64,000 nucleotides of DNA, taken from Octopus sinensis. Its lineage: Eukaryota. Below, piece by piece: positions 35,845 through 49,074 of this stretch. Location: NCBI RefSeq assembly GCF_006345805.1, contig NC_043009.1, forward strand, positions 63,984,001-64,048,000. Reading direction: 5' to 3'. The notes below the pieces were generated by a model. The model made no database searches, had not been told where the DNA came from, and saw only the letters and a program-made list of their open reading frames with translations. The position numbers and the translations under genes are program-made. The first letter of the stretch is position 1; each line of letters opens with the position of its first letter.

Positions 35845-36188
35845 CTCTGTCGGTTACAACAATGATCCGATCAAAAGAGCAGCCTGCTTATGAAATTAAT
35901 GTGAAAGTGGTTGAGCACTCCACAGACATGTGTAGTCTGAACATAGTTCTCAGGACAGAGAATGTAACAAGGCTGGCTCATTGAATTACAGATGAGTGCA
36001 TTGGGGCAACATAAAATAAAGTGTCTTGCACAAGGACACAAAACAACCCCTAATACTTAACTCATAATTATGAGCTGAATACCCTAACATCATCATCATC
36101 GTTTAACGTCCGTTTTCCATGCTAGCATGGGTTGGACGGTTCGACCGGAGTCTGGGAAGCCAGGAGGCTGCACCAGGCTCCAGTCTGA
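35845..36188 (-). mobile_element. SINE family E relic followed by family B tail (36088-36188)
   Basis: Reverse-complement similarity to 24050-24213; (cat)n cgtttaacgtccgttttccatgctagcatgg. Confidence 0.7.
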
Positions 36189-37701
36189 GGGAAATAAATA
36201 GATTAGAGATATAAAAGATAGAAGTCTCCTTGTCTCTATGTTGTCTGATTATAGGAAGCAAGTGCCACTGTCATACAAGAAGTATCATTTGTTCCTAGTC
36301 TCCTGAGAACACACCTGGCAAAAGAGCAACATTACCTTAATTGGAAACAAGGAGAGCATATGACCTTATTAGCTTTTCCGTGCTGTAATATTTCTGATAC
36401 GACCCCTTTTAGTTACCCCCTATGGCATTTGGGGATACTGTGTACAAATTCTATATTATATTGTATTATGACATCATAAATGAAAATATACAGATCAACC
36501 TTAACTTATGACCATCAGTAGCTATGACTCACCTGCAATTAACTAAGAGAGAACTGTCCATACTGCCACATGTAATCTACAGTTGTTTCATTCTATGATT
36601 TCAACAATTCTTCAGAACAAGGAACAAATTTTGGGTGCAGTAAAGGATTCAGGTTCCATGAGGACAACAATAATATTATACTTTTCTTCAATTAGAATAT
36701 TCTTTTCTACTTTTTAAAAAACTAAAATGATAATTTTCTAGGTACTTCCTCACGCAATAAAATATTAAATTGGGGATCCACAATAGTCATTTAAGGGCAC
36801 CTGAAAAAATTTGCTTTAGATGTATCTGTTGATATGTATTGCAAGAAACAGCTAGTTTTTTTTTTCTGAATTTTTTTACATTGTTCACCAGACTCAAAGT
36901 GTGAAAAACAAAATAGGAATTTTGAAAGTTTCTATTAAACTAGTTTTTAAACATCGAATGGCTTTGGTGGGGGTACAAGAAAAAAACAAAAAAAAAAAAC
37001 ACAATCAAAGGGATCCATAGATGAAAAAATGGTTGCAAACCCGCTATAGAATGACGAAAAGTAACGGGAAAGAAAGCAAGAATTATGTTAATCAGAAGGC
37101 GCAACAGGAAGGAAGTAACATTAAAAAACCCCAAAGATTTTGTAAAACAATTTTTCTTTTAGAAAAGCGATTTAGTTTTGCTGCGATTTTCGCAATATGG
37201 GATTCTATAAATTATCGAAATACCGAAAAAAAAAAAACCTTCGAGAAATTCCATTTAATTAGTGGCAGCTATTCCCAAAGTCACTCCATTTTTTGTAGCA
37301 TCCACAGCCTGTCTGTGGATGCTGTCATCATTGGATCGGCAAAATTTCAAGAATGGTTCACAATTTAAAAATTATATATATGTAGCCTAAACCTACACTG
37401 GGAGCCTATCCATTTAATATTAAATGTTTCCTGTGATTTTTTTTACTGGGGTTTATCACTGTCGTTACTTGAAAAGCAATTTACTTTCACTTTTTTGCGT
37501 CGCTAAATTGCAATCTTACCCTCGGAATTATAGAAATTTTGGCGGATTATCCCAAAATACTAAGATGATGAAGTTGGGGGGAAAAAACCCTTCTCAATTC
37601 AAAGAATTTACCTTTACCTTTCCTATGAAGAAATGACAGTTATTACGAAATTCCACCGTGAAAAATGTTTTATATAAATTTAAACACTAACAAATACTCA
37701 C

Positions 37702-37794
37702 TTCTCCTCTCATCTTCGTATTTTCTTCGAAGAATTCGATCAACAACTTTCATGTTGTTCACCGGAAATGGTTTTGGAAGATGCGGAGCGGAAA
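37702..37794 (-). promoter_or_regulatory. putative non-coding exon 1 of g5; donor at 37701, acceptor at 35684-35683
   Basis: Minus strand ttccgc..catttccggtgaacaac..gaa|gtgagtattt. Confidence 0.65.
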
Positions 37795-38799
37795 AGACAA
37801 GATCCGGACAAAAAGTTGAATTGATATTTTATTCCTTTTGCTTCTTTTTCTATTTTTATTCCTCTTTTCCCATTTTCCTCCCGATTTTGGATTCGTATTT
37901 TTAATGTAGATTTGTATTATATATGTATTATATACACATACGTGTTATATTCCAATAAAAGTTACAACCTCACCACAACAAAAAAAAAATAGTAAAAAGT
38001 TGGTAAATTTATAAAAAAAGCACACGGGGGTTGGTCGGTGAGAACATTTTTTGGCGATCCTTCGGTATAAGTACCGTAAGTGGCTTTGTTTACATTTCTG
38101 AAGATAACAGAAGCCCTTTTCTCCCACCCTCAATCCTAACCCTTTTTCTCAGTTGATTTTTCGTGTGTTTTCAAGTAATTTGACCCCTCGAACACGCTCG
38201 CGATCGACTTCTTTCTCTCCCGGAAGCGAGGGTGAGGTGGGTAGGGTATCGGGCAGGGGGTCCCTTGGAGAAATTTTTTTACCTTTATTTCTCCGTGTCT
38301 TTTCAACGAATCTGACCTCAAACTCCTACACATTCGACTCTTTTTCTTTTCTTTTCACCTCGGAAACAGAAGTGAGTAGATGGGGAGCATACAGATAAGC
38401 TCCAGTAAAAGTACCCACTGTATATATAAATCTGTTGTAGAATAACTGTGAAATATTTCCTCTGATCTAAGAATAAGAGCAACAGTTCTCTAAATCATTG
38501 TCCTGAATGTCTACAAGATAATTTTGCAATTTAATTAAACTTTGAAGGAATTTTCTAAGGGGTTTGTAGCAGCATCTTAAGACTTTGATAAAGACCTCAG
38601 TAGAAATATAGACTTAGAAGTATTGGGTCAGAATAAAATGTAAAATCGATGACAAGGAAAATATCTATATTGTAGTCAGAGAAGACAAAAATCACAGAGA
38701 AATGAATACTATGAGAAATTTAAAAGATTGATTTTCTTCTTGAAATGTCAAGAAAGATAGGAAAACCATTTAAATATTGTAATATCTGTAAAAATTTTG

Positions 38800-39490
38800 T
38801 GTTGCGCTGTTCCATCTTCACTCACCCTGCCCCAACAAACTAAACTACATCTCGTCTGTTCCTCACTGCTCCTCTTTTATTCTCCAGTCCTGTCTTCACG
38901 GCTCTCTTCACTGTATCATTGCTGTCCAGTAGCCCCACCTATATACCCAGGTTTTCCCCTCCTTCACTCTCTACTCACGTCCCTTTAGGAATGTCCTACC
39001 ATTTTATATTATGACCTCCGTACCTCAAGGGTATGCCCTGGCACTTGCCACCATCTCTCTCTCTCTTCTTTTACTCGACCATCCCATTTGTATTCCGATC
39101 CCCGCTCTTGTGAGTATGCTCTGGCACTTCGCAACCATCTCTCTCCTGCTGTCTCTTACCCCTCTCTCCTGCTCTTCCCTCAGGTTGGGCAGCTATGTAT
39201 CTCCTTTACAGCAACACATCCGTTTCTGTACTCATTCTTGATCACTTTCTCTTTCTCTCTCTTTAACCGAATACCCATGTACTTTCTCTACAAGACACCT
39301 ATCTGTCTCCTTTCATCATCTGATACAAGATCACTTTCTCCAATACACCCTCCCTTCTCAAATAAAATTTCTCTTGCAATTTACTTTGTGGCCCTGTCAG
39401 TGCAGGTGCCACTCAAAAAGCATCCAGTCCACTCTGTAAAGTGGTTGGCATTTAGAAGGGCGTCCGGCTGTAAAAAACCGTGCCAAAACA
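38800..39490 (+). mobile_element. RTE-like LINE 3' UTR relic
   Basis: Pyrimidine-rich tract ending cttgcaatttacttt...aaaaagcatccagtccactctgtaaagtggttggc as in 23130-23290 and 46900-47480. Confidence 0.6.
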
Positions 39491-39929
39491 AATAATAAAA
39501 CAAACCAAAATACCAGTCAGTTTGCACAAACTTATGAAAAAGTGCTCATGATATGTCAGCAGTAATTATATCTCCTTTCCCAACATACATAAACCACAAC
39601 TGATATGAGTCTTACATTATTTAATGACTTATTATTTTTGTAAAATTTTTAATGTCCTTTTTTGTATAATAATTCGCTCATCTGACCCCAAAATCAGATT
39701 GTATTGTCCCCTCTTCGTTGGCCCCTTGTGGGTAATAAAAAATCAATTATTTAATGACTTGTGGCCTTCACGAAACATTTTCTAATTATCTAAATGAACA
39801 TTTTTTTTAGAAATATGAAAGCAAAGATAAGCTTTTAGCCGCCTGTCAGCTTTATGCCACGAATGGATGACAACAAAACCAAAGATGTGGTGTGTCCCAC
39901 TGGCGGTCGATTGTGGTTACATAACACAT

Positions 39930-40323
39930 TTGTTTCTTTATTATCCACAAGGGGCTAAACACAGAGGGGACAACCAAGGACAGACAAACGGATTACATCA
40001 ACCCCAGTGCGTAACTGGTACTTAATTTATCGACCCCGAAAAGATGAAAGGCAAAGTCGACCTCGGCGGAATTTGAACTCAGAACGAACGGCAGATGAAA
40101 TACGTATTTCTTTATTACCCACAAGGGGCTAAACACAGAGGGGACAAACAAGGATAGACAAAGGGATTAAGTCGATTACATCGACCCCAATGCGTAACTG
40201 ATACTTAATTTATCGACCCCGAAAGGATGAAATCAAAGTCGACCTCGGCGGAATTTGAACTCAGAACGAACGGCAGACGAAATACGGCTACGCATTTCGC
40301 CGGGTGTGCTAACGATTCTGCCA
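39930..40323 (-). mobile_element. dimeric SINE family C
   Basis: Two core+tail units; 14-bp TSD gttacataacacat at 39916-39929 and 40324-40337. Confidence 0.9.
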
Positions 40324-40649
40324 GTTACATAACACATCACAGCCAGAAATGCAAGTCTTATATCCTGTATAGCAATTCTCAGACGTGGACGACCTGCTTG
40401 AAATAGCAGCCTAATTTCCCTCAAAGGCAGAGGTGTCGAACATATCTCCTTCGCATTTCGATGCTTACGATAACAGACACGTCTGCTGAACTTTTCTTTT
40501 CTTCCTTTAAGCCATGCTGCATTAAATTTTTTTCGTCCCTTACTTAAGAATCGAGCTGTTATCGAATTTCTACGAAACTATGGTCAACAACGAATCCTAA
40601 AGTGTGTCCATATATTCTTTTATATTTTTTGATGAAAAACGTATTTCTT

Positions 40650-40731
40650 GGTGATTTCCAACCAAAACCGTTTCTGGCGAAGAACTTTCAACTTGATCGA
40701 CTCTCCCAGCCAAAATATAAAGGAAAAAGAA
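40650..40731 (+). promoter_or_regulatory. putative non-coding exon 1 of g6; donor GTAAGT at 40732, acceptor AG 45072-45073
   Basis: tttctggcgaagaacttt..aaatataaagg..gaa|gtaagtatttatagtgttt. Confidence 0.65.
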
Positions 40732-43267
40732 GTAAGTATTTATAGTGTTTGAATCTATTTAAAATACTTTCAAGTCAGAGTTTCGGAATAACTGGAATTA
40801 CCTGAGGGTGGTGTAGGAGAAGAAAATGCCAAAGAATTGCGAAGTTTTGCCGTTTTTCTCCCCCTCTTTCATTTTTTTTAGTGCTTCAAATAACAGAAGT
40901 TAAGATTCAGAAAGGATTTGTTTCCTTAAAATTTAAATATTTTATATTTTAACCCTCTCCCCCCCAATCCATGCATTTTTATTTCCCCAGGAAATTATAA
41001 TTGCTGTTTTGAAACTTTCGGTTTGGCTGTCCCAAACAATTTGTAATTTCGCTGTTTTGCTCGGATTTCCCCAGATATTTGTTTTTGTGTTACATATTTA
41101 ATAACAATGAAGAACAATTTAAAAATAGATATTAAACGTTTACGCACCTGCCTTACAAAAACAGTAATCCGCCACTTAAATTATTTATGTATTTTTTTTC
41201 TTTTGCAAAATTTTATGTAATTTTATTTCATATTCTGAAACATAATTCGCACTTTAAAAAGAAATTCTTAACCCACTCCCTGCTGCATAGTACAATTTAA
41301 AAAAAAAAATCAAATGCCACAATTTGATGATGTGTGAAAAACGAAATTAGATGGGAAAATGTATCCATAAAAGGATATAAATTCAGTCGTTTAAAATGTA
41401 GAAAAGTGTGTCTTTTTAATCGAACAAAATCATAATGGAACCAAAAATAAATTCCTCCCATCTCCTTTCATAGCAACAGTTTGTCGCAGGCGCTCCTTGT
41501 CCTAAGTAAAACGGTATTTCTTTGTATTTGTCTGCTGTGGGAGATGAAAAAATGGAATTGTCTGTTTGGTTTTCTTGCTCTTTTTCCATTTTCTTTCTCT
41601 CGATTTGTATTTCTACTTTAGTTTTGGTTTTGTATTATATATGTATCATATACAAACGTGTTATATTCCAATAAAAGTTACAAACTGAAAAAAATAAAAT
41701 TATTTTGTTTATAATTTTGTCGGTGCAAATCAGCTCAGTGTTAACAAGTCGTATAGCCAAAACTTTTTTTTATGAACTGGCAAAAGTATGAGAAAAACAG
41801 AAAACCGAAAAAAACCTTATTCTTGGGGGGGGGGGGAGAATTAAAAAAAAAAAGGACTATTATAAGTGCTTCAGAATGTAGAATGCAATAAAATGACAAA
41901 AAATATCGAAAAGAAAACTATTCCAAAAGTACGGTAAAAAGAGGAGGACAAAAGTTTTTTTAAAAACCCACAGATTTAAACTTTTTTTAAATTTTTATCA
42001 AAAGGCTCCACCAGTGTTTTAAAGATGTGATGCGAACCAAAGTTTGGAAATATCCAAACTAAAACAGAAATTCCAAATTATGTGGAGACAGCGTTTCCAA
42101 AAGTTGGCCAATGTCTTTTATTTTTTTCACGTCATTTCATTGTATTTGATATTCCAAAACACTTGCTTATAATACATTGAAAAATAAATTTTCAAGCTCC
42201 TCTTTCATCGTACCGAAAGGTTTCCAGTCGTATTTTCGTAGCTTAAATCGTTAGTGGTCTTATTAATATGTTTATCATTGTCTGCATGACAGCCAAACCT
42301 TTCTTTTATTGCACTCAAAAGTCTGGGTAACAAACAAAGATGCGTAACAAACAAACCCGAATTTGTTTTACTCGTAACTTTCTGAAAAGCAAATATTTTG
42401 TAATGAAATTCTCAATTCAACGAATACTTTTTCAGATGGTGTAGATTAACGTTTATGTTGGAATTTAAGGTATAAAAAAAAAAAAGAAAAGATAAGAAAA
42501 AGAGTGGTGGGGGGGGATGCACCTCGACTTTGTTTACTCATACATTTAACAAAAAAAAATAGATAAAATAAAGAACCAAAATAAAACTTACTTTTGAGTA
42601 CTATTCCACCCTTACCCTTTCTGGAATTTATTATATGAATATTTTCTTAATGAAATGAAATTTTCTACAGATACCGGCATTATTAAAAAAAATAAAATAA
42701 AAGTAAGGGTAATTTGCTAAAATAGCTGTTTGTTATACTCTAGGCCTGCCATAGGCAAATTGTGACCCATAAAATTTACTGGATAGCATGTAAAATTACA
42801 TTGAATTTTTTTAGTAGTGTGGCCTTGATCTATGTCTCATGCAGCCTGCTTCTTGAAACAGATTGCCTATGCCAGCTGTAGCACTTGGAATAGCCTTTAT
42901 TTTAAAGAAATAAAAGAATAGTGGTGAGCTTCCAGGCTAGCCTTAATGGAATAATGAGAACATTCTATCTTATTTCCTTTCCTTCATATTTCAGGGCTTA
43001 AAATACCATCATGGTCCCTATTTCTGATGAAACTTGTGTTCATCTTATGAAAAATAAGTTTTCCATTCATATCTAAAAATAGAAGGGTTGGGTGGCTGCT
43101 TCTAGCATGCTGAATGGTCACGTATGAGGATGTTCTAACACTGAGTGTGTTGAAAAAAAGAGAGATTAAGAATGTGATAAAATGAGTGAAATATGTATTC
43201 AATTAGTGTTAACATTTCTGTATACCAGTCAACAAAGTTTTCTTTCAGAGAACTTTCTTAAACAAGC

Positions 43268-43605
43268 ATCATCATCATCGTTTAACGTCCATTTTCCGCG
43301 CTAGCACGGGTTGGACGGTTCGACCGGGGTCTGGGAAGCCAGGGGCTGCACCAGACTCCAGTCTGATCTGGCAGAGTTTCTACAGTTGGATGCCCTTCCT
43401 AACGCCAACCACTCCGAGTGTAGTAGGTGCTTTTTACTTGCCACCTGCACAGGTGCCAGGGGGTTCCGGCATCGGCCACGATTGGTTGGAGCTTTTAACG
43501 TGCCACCGGCACGGAAGCCAGCCAAGGCGCCACGTTCAGATGGTGCTTTTTTATGTGCCACCGGCACTGGAGCCAGTCGAGGCAGCGCTGGCATCGGCCA
43601 CGGAA
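43268..43605 (-). mobile_element. family B (RTE tail with subrepeats)
   Basis: Reverse complement of the 26900-27228 type sequence. Confidence 0.85.
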
Positions 43606-44413
43606 AAAGAAAATGACAGAAGTTGAAAGTGAAAAGTGTTCATTTTATCTCAAGTGAAAATGTTTATTATGTGTGTTTATTATGGTCGTTATGCATTCCA
43701 AATCGGATCTAGTTAAATTGATTCACAAGATCAGCCTCCTTTAATTTTGCTCAGATTGCTTTCAATTTTGGTGTATTGATGCAACTCTGAATTTTGATTA
43801 TGATCAACCAATTTACTTTATCTTGTAAATTAAAGAATCTGATGTTATTTGGAATTAAAGTTGGGAGATTTGGGTGATTTTAGCCAATCAACAGACAGTG
43901 AGCATTAACAGCTTGTTACCATGACAACCGCACGTTGTGTTGTTTCACTTCACCCATGTCTGTGTTGCATGTGTGTGCGCGTGTATGTATGTGTGTGTAT
44001 GTGTGCATGTATGTTGTGTGTTTTGTGTGTGAGATCTAGTTAATTTGATCCACATGAACATATAAACTTGTATATGAATATATACATCCACTTACACTTA
44101 TATATTAATGATGTACATGACGGGTGTACATAATACTGAAATATGCATAAAGTAAACACAGGTAACAGGTCATTTCACAGACGCTAAACTATAAATTTCA
44201 CGGGGTAAAACCTTAAAGTTGATATTGCTGTCTCACTATTGACTTAAAATACAGTTTTCTTTAATTTTGAACCTCTTTTTCCTCAAAATTTTTCTCCACA
44301 AGATCATGGATTCACAGCAATAAGAGTGGAAAACTACATCAATATAACCAGTTTTCAGATTTTTTACTTCCTTTTAAAAACTGCAGATTCTGTGAATCAG
44401 TTTAACTAGTTCC

Positions 44414-44720
44414 TCAAAATCTATACTGTTCAGCTATTTGAGCAAGTAAATGTTCAAACTGTATATTGGGGTACCTCCTCTGCTGCATGAATTCAATGAA
44501 ATATGTAGGGAATAATTCTGAGGAGGTACCATAAATATGGTAGTATCTGCATTTGGCATGAATCCATTTTCCTTCCATGTGATTTGTGTGGACACCTGTG
44601 GTTTCAATTACAAATGACATGGAATGGTTTACCGTGAAGTACAAGAATCCATTGCTTGATAAGTTCTGATATGCTGTTCATTCATCAATCAATATCCATC
44701 CTGGGTGGACATGCTGGAGT
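44414..44720 (-). mobile_element. Merlin/IS1595-like transposase C-terminal fragment
   Basis: [29 protein letters not shown]...YGTS....YF.EF. Confidence 0.8.
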
Positions 44721-45414
44721 CTCATTGTTTTGCAGGGGTGCAGTTGACTGGCTGTATGGATGAGAAACACTTTTAGTGAGTGATTTAATTCATATCCTTT
44801 TGTTATCAGTTGTTGTCCTATAATATTTTCTCATGGCTAGACATGTGTCCAAGGATGACTGGGATCAAATGATGCTGCTTGCGCAATGGTGACAGGCTGC
44901 TCTTACAGCTAACATTTGACATTAAGGTGATGAGACATATTTCTCTACTCTAATTGTTTGGGTTAATGTGTACTCTGTACTACATTTTTATGTTGATAAA
45001 TTATAATTTCCTCTTTAGACTCTATTCTTTTTAAGTATCCTCTGTAATGTATAGTGTTTCTGTATCATTTCAGGATACTGGCTGAAACTTGCAGGAGAAA
45101 TCTATTTACATCAGAAGCATCATCAATATTTATCATTATTTAAAGACTAAAAATGTTATTCAAAACAACTATAACAATTTTTTAATAAATTTGAAGAATT
45201 CTGGTGAAATGTTTATCAGCAACATTTAGTGTATGTCACTGTCTGGAATGAGAACAAAATACTTTGCATTTTGTATACGCTTAGATAAAATTTTATAGGA
45301 CTTTGTAGCTTAGATCATAGTTGATGGACATATTGAAGAAGGAATGCTTGTTAGAAATGAATTATAGAAAGAGAAACAAGAAACACATTCATACATTGTG
45401 GTGAGAGAAGGAAC

Positions 45415-45545
45415 CCTCTCTCTCTTTCGGAGAGGCACTGAGCAGCTATACGCACACATACACACACGGCAGTAACTCCCGCCTACCGAATTCAATCACA
45501 AAGCTCCGGTCGGCTTGGGGCTATAGCGGAAGACACCTACCCATG
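45415..45545 (-). mobile_element. SINE family A fragment in the g6 leader
   Basis: ctaccgaattcaatcacaaagctccggtcggcttggggctatagcggaagacacc; absent from other leaders. Confidence 0.7.
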
Positions 45546-45594
45546 AATGTTAAATCAAAAGACTGATTTTTTTCTTTTTTTGTATTATGGAGAG

Positions 45595-46581
45595 ATGGCA
45601 AAAAATTTAAGAAAGTCTTCATATGAATGTGATTTCTGTAAAAAGTCATTCACTACAAAAGGTCATCTTACTACTCATGTACGTATTCATACAGGAGAGA
45701 AACCATATCACTGTGGCATCTGTGGGAAATCATTCAATCAGAATGGTGAGTTAACTATTCATAAACGTCTTCATACAGGAGAGAAACCATATCATTGTGA
45801 TATCTGTGGTCAATCATTCACTCGTAAAGATATTTTAACCACACACGTACGTATTCACACAGGAGAGAAACCATATCAATGTGACATGTGCTGTAAATCT
45901 TTTGCTAAAAGTACCAACCTGACCGATCACAAACGCATTCATACTGGAGAAAAACCATATCACTGTGATTTCTGTGGTAAGTCGTTCAATCAAAGTAATC
46001 AGCTAATTAAACACAAACGTATTCACACGGGAGAAAAGCCATATCACTGTGATATCTGTGACAAATCATTCTCTCGAAATGACGAGTTGACTGTACACAA
46101 ATACATTCATACAGGAGAGAAACCGTATCACTGTGATTTCTGTGGCAAGTCATTCCATGAAAATAGTTCCTTGACTGGACACAAACGCATTCACACAGGA
46201 GAAAAACGATTCCATTGTGATGTTTGTGGTAAAGGATTCATTCGAAGCATAGATTTAAGGGGACACATGCACATTCATACAGGAGAAAAACCATACCGTT
46301 GTGATGTGTGTGGTAAATCATTCTCTCGAAATGGTGACTTAACAACACACAAACTCATTCATTCTGGAGAGAAACCACATCACTGTGATATCTGTGGGAA
46401 GTCTTACCGTCGGAATAACGAGTTAACTATTCACAAACGTACTCATACTGGGGAGAAACCATTCCATTGTGCCAGCTGTGGTAAATCATTCTCTTACAAT
46501 TGTCGGTTAAATAAGCACAAATGTATTGGTATGGAAGAAAGACTATATCATCATAATGTTTTTGGTGAATCATTCTCTTGA
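45595..46581 (+). CDS. C2H2 zinc-finger gene g6, 10 C2H2 fingers plus C2HC-type finger
   Basis: ORF from MAKNLRKSS; an upstream in-frame ATG at 45547 exists but is not shared by paralogs. Confidence 0.93.
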   Translation: MAKNLRKSSYECDFCKKSFTTKGHLTTHVRIHTGEKPYHCGICGKSFNQNGELTIHKRLHTGEKPYHCDICGQSFTRKDILTTHVRIHTGEKPYQCDMCCKSFAKSTNLTDHKRIHTGEKPYHCDFCGKSFNQSNQLIKHKRIHTGEKPYHCDICDKSFSRNDELTVHKYIHTGEKPYHCDFCGKSFHENSSLTGHKRIHTGEKRFHCDVCGKGFIRSIDLRGHMHIHTGEKPYRCDVCGKSFSRNGDLTTHKLIHSGEKPHHCDICGKSYRRNNELTIHKRTHTGEKPFHCASCGKSFSYNCRLNKHKCIGMEERLYHHNVFGESFS

Positions 46582-46667
46582 CATGATAATTTAACTATTC
46601 ACATTTGTACTCTTACACGGGAGAAAACACGTCACATTGTTATTTATAGTATTTCACTAGCTCTGTC

Positions 46668-47480
46668 TGGCACCTGTGCAGGTAGCACGTAAAAAGCACC
46701 CACTACACTCACAGAGTGGTTGGTGTTAGGAAGGGCATCCAGCCATAGAAACACTGCCAGATCAGACTGGAGCCTGGTGCAGCCTCCTGGCTTCAGACCC
46801 CAGTTAAACCATCCAACCCATGCTAGCATGGAAAACGGACACTAAATGATGATGATGATGACTGCACCCCCCCCCCACACCTTTCCCATTTTTTTTTTGC
46901 ATTCTTATGAACTCCCTACTCTTGCACCTTGGGCAATCCTCTACTATCCCGTTTGTATTCACATCTTACCTTGAAAGTATGCTGTGGTACATTGCCCCCA
47001 TCTCTTGCCCATTCCCCCTTCACTCTCACTCCCTTTGATTGGGGTATCCATGTATCTCCTCTACAATAAGACACTTGTTTCTGCCCCTCTGTTATACTCT
47101 CACCTCTCATCACCTGGCACCCTGGCACAAAGCCACCTCCCTCAGTATCTCCACCCTCTCAAAGGATTTTGTCTTGCAAGTTTCTTGGTGACCTCACTGG
47201 TGTGGACGCCATGTAAAAAGCATCCAGTCCACTCTGTAAAGTGGTCGGAGTTTGGAAGGACATTCAGTCATAAAAAACCCATGCCAAAGCAGACCTTGTC
47301 AGTGCTGGTGCCACATAAAAAGCACCCTTAGTCCACTCTGTAAAATGGCTGGCATAAGGGCAGACATCCAGTCGTAGAAACCATGCCAAAGCAGACGGTT
47401 GGAGCCTGGTGCAGTTTGCTGGCTCCTGTCAAGCCATTCATCTGATGTTTGCTTGGAAAATAAGTGTTAAATGATGATTA
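46668..47480 (+). mobile_element. family B tail (46668-46860) plus RTE-like 3' UTR relic in the g6 3' UTR
   Basis: Two successive (gat)n-terminated tails. Confidence 0.8.
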
Positions 47481-48540
47481 TAATTATTATGATGAGGATA
47501 TCTGTAAGTATATTTTTTCAATGCTTTTTAATGTACATCCTTTCAAGTATTCTTGGGTATATTCTAAACTGATTTTCACCAACTGCTTACTTTTAACCTG
47601 TATAATTTATTGACACTATTTGATACAAGATATGATCTGATATTATGAGGAAATGAATGAGATATAAGTAATAGGATGATATTGTAAATGAAATGGTGAC
47701 GATGGTAGCTTTGTAGTGGAGCTGTGATATAGTGAGTTGGTTAATGAGAACCAAGTGAGAGGCTGTCTAAGGACAAGATATTTCCCATTTTCAGATAATA
47801 TTAAAATATGATTTCATCATTTTACATGCATTTTAAATACATATTGTAGTATAGAAACTTACATATGTGACTGTTATTTGTATCAAGAACAAGCAACATG
47901 ATAATACGAAACATCTGTAAAAGTCATTGCAATATTCAGAAGCGGAATAACTGAATTGCTGGAAACCTTATTTCTTCTTTTGGAGAATGCTGTTAGCATT
48001 GTGTGAAAAGTAATCTTTGAAATATTGATGATTTGAATGAACAACATTTCTCATCTGCTCACCGTGAAAACATCTTTCAGTAAGAATGAGCACATCTTAA
48101 CATTTACAGCTGTAAACAAAAAACTCGGATTTCATGATTTGACCATGTTAGGGTGGAATAAATATTTTTGAACAGAGTTTAGTTTGGAAAAATATTAAAA
48201 CAAGGCTAGACCTTTTCTTTAGACTTCCTTGTTTCTAGCATTGGAGTTTGTAGAAACTGTAAAGCCATTATAAAAAATCATTTCAGTTTTAAAGTATTTT
48301 CAGAACAAAAGGATATAATTTGCATTTTCAGTAGAGTAAAATTACAAATGTTTGCAGAATGAAGTGGTGGCGAATTGCATATATTAACCACAATGTATTA
48401 CTGTTATCTGTTTTTTAACTCCTAGTAAATGAAATCTCAGGTTGAACTTGGCAGGAATAAAACAAAATATGGCAATTTATTAAATCCATAACTCTAGGCC
48501 TTTCAATTTGTCATCCTCCTATTTGATGTAATCACTTTAA

Positions 48541-49051
48541 TCTATATATATAAAACTGTAGTTGTGTGAGTGTCTGTCCCCTTCGATTTAGATTCCTAAC
48601 TACTCCCACATTTTGCGGTGCAGTTTAACCAAATTCGGGTATCTTATAGTCGTGATTCATATCGAGCCCGTCTGAGTATTAGCGCGCGTCTACGATGAGT
48701 CTACGATTTTAAAAATAATTTAACATCATTTTTTATTCCATTTTAATGCATAATTTTTCGTGTGTCGATGGCGGCGGAGTTGGCGTCCATGGTCACACCT
48801 GCACCTGTTTGCTTCTCCCCCTTCTTCCCTCCCTCGTGAAGCTGTGGGGAAGGGAGTTTAAGGAAATCAACGTCGTAAAGCGTTGTCAAGGAGACCAGCG
48901 TTCTTTTAGAACAACGACTTCATGGCTTGAAGACACCAAAACAGAAATGGCTAAGAAAGCCCGAATTGGCATCTATAAGGGAAGTAACTCTAAAAATGCT
49001 TATATAGTTATTTCCCTTACAAACCCGAGCAATGCCGGGCGATACTGCTAG
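48541..49051 (+). mobile_element. non-autonomous Helitron with distinct internal segment
   Basis: A|TCTATATATATAAAA...CCCGAGCAATGCCGGGCGATACTGCTAG|T. Confidence 0.9.
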
Positions 49052-49074
49052 TTGTAATATAAAAATATTAATAG

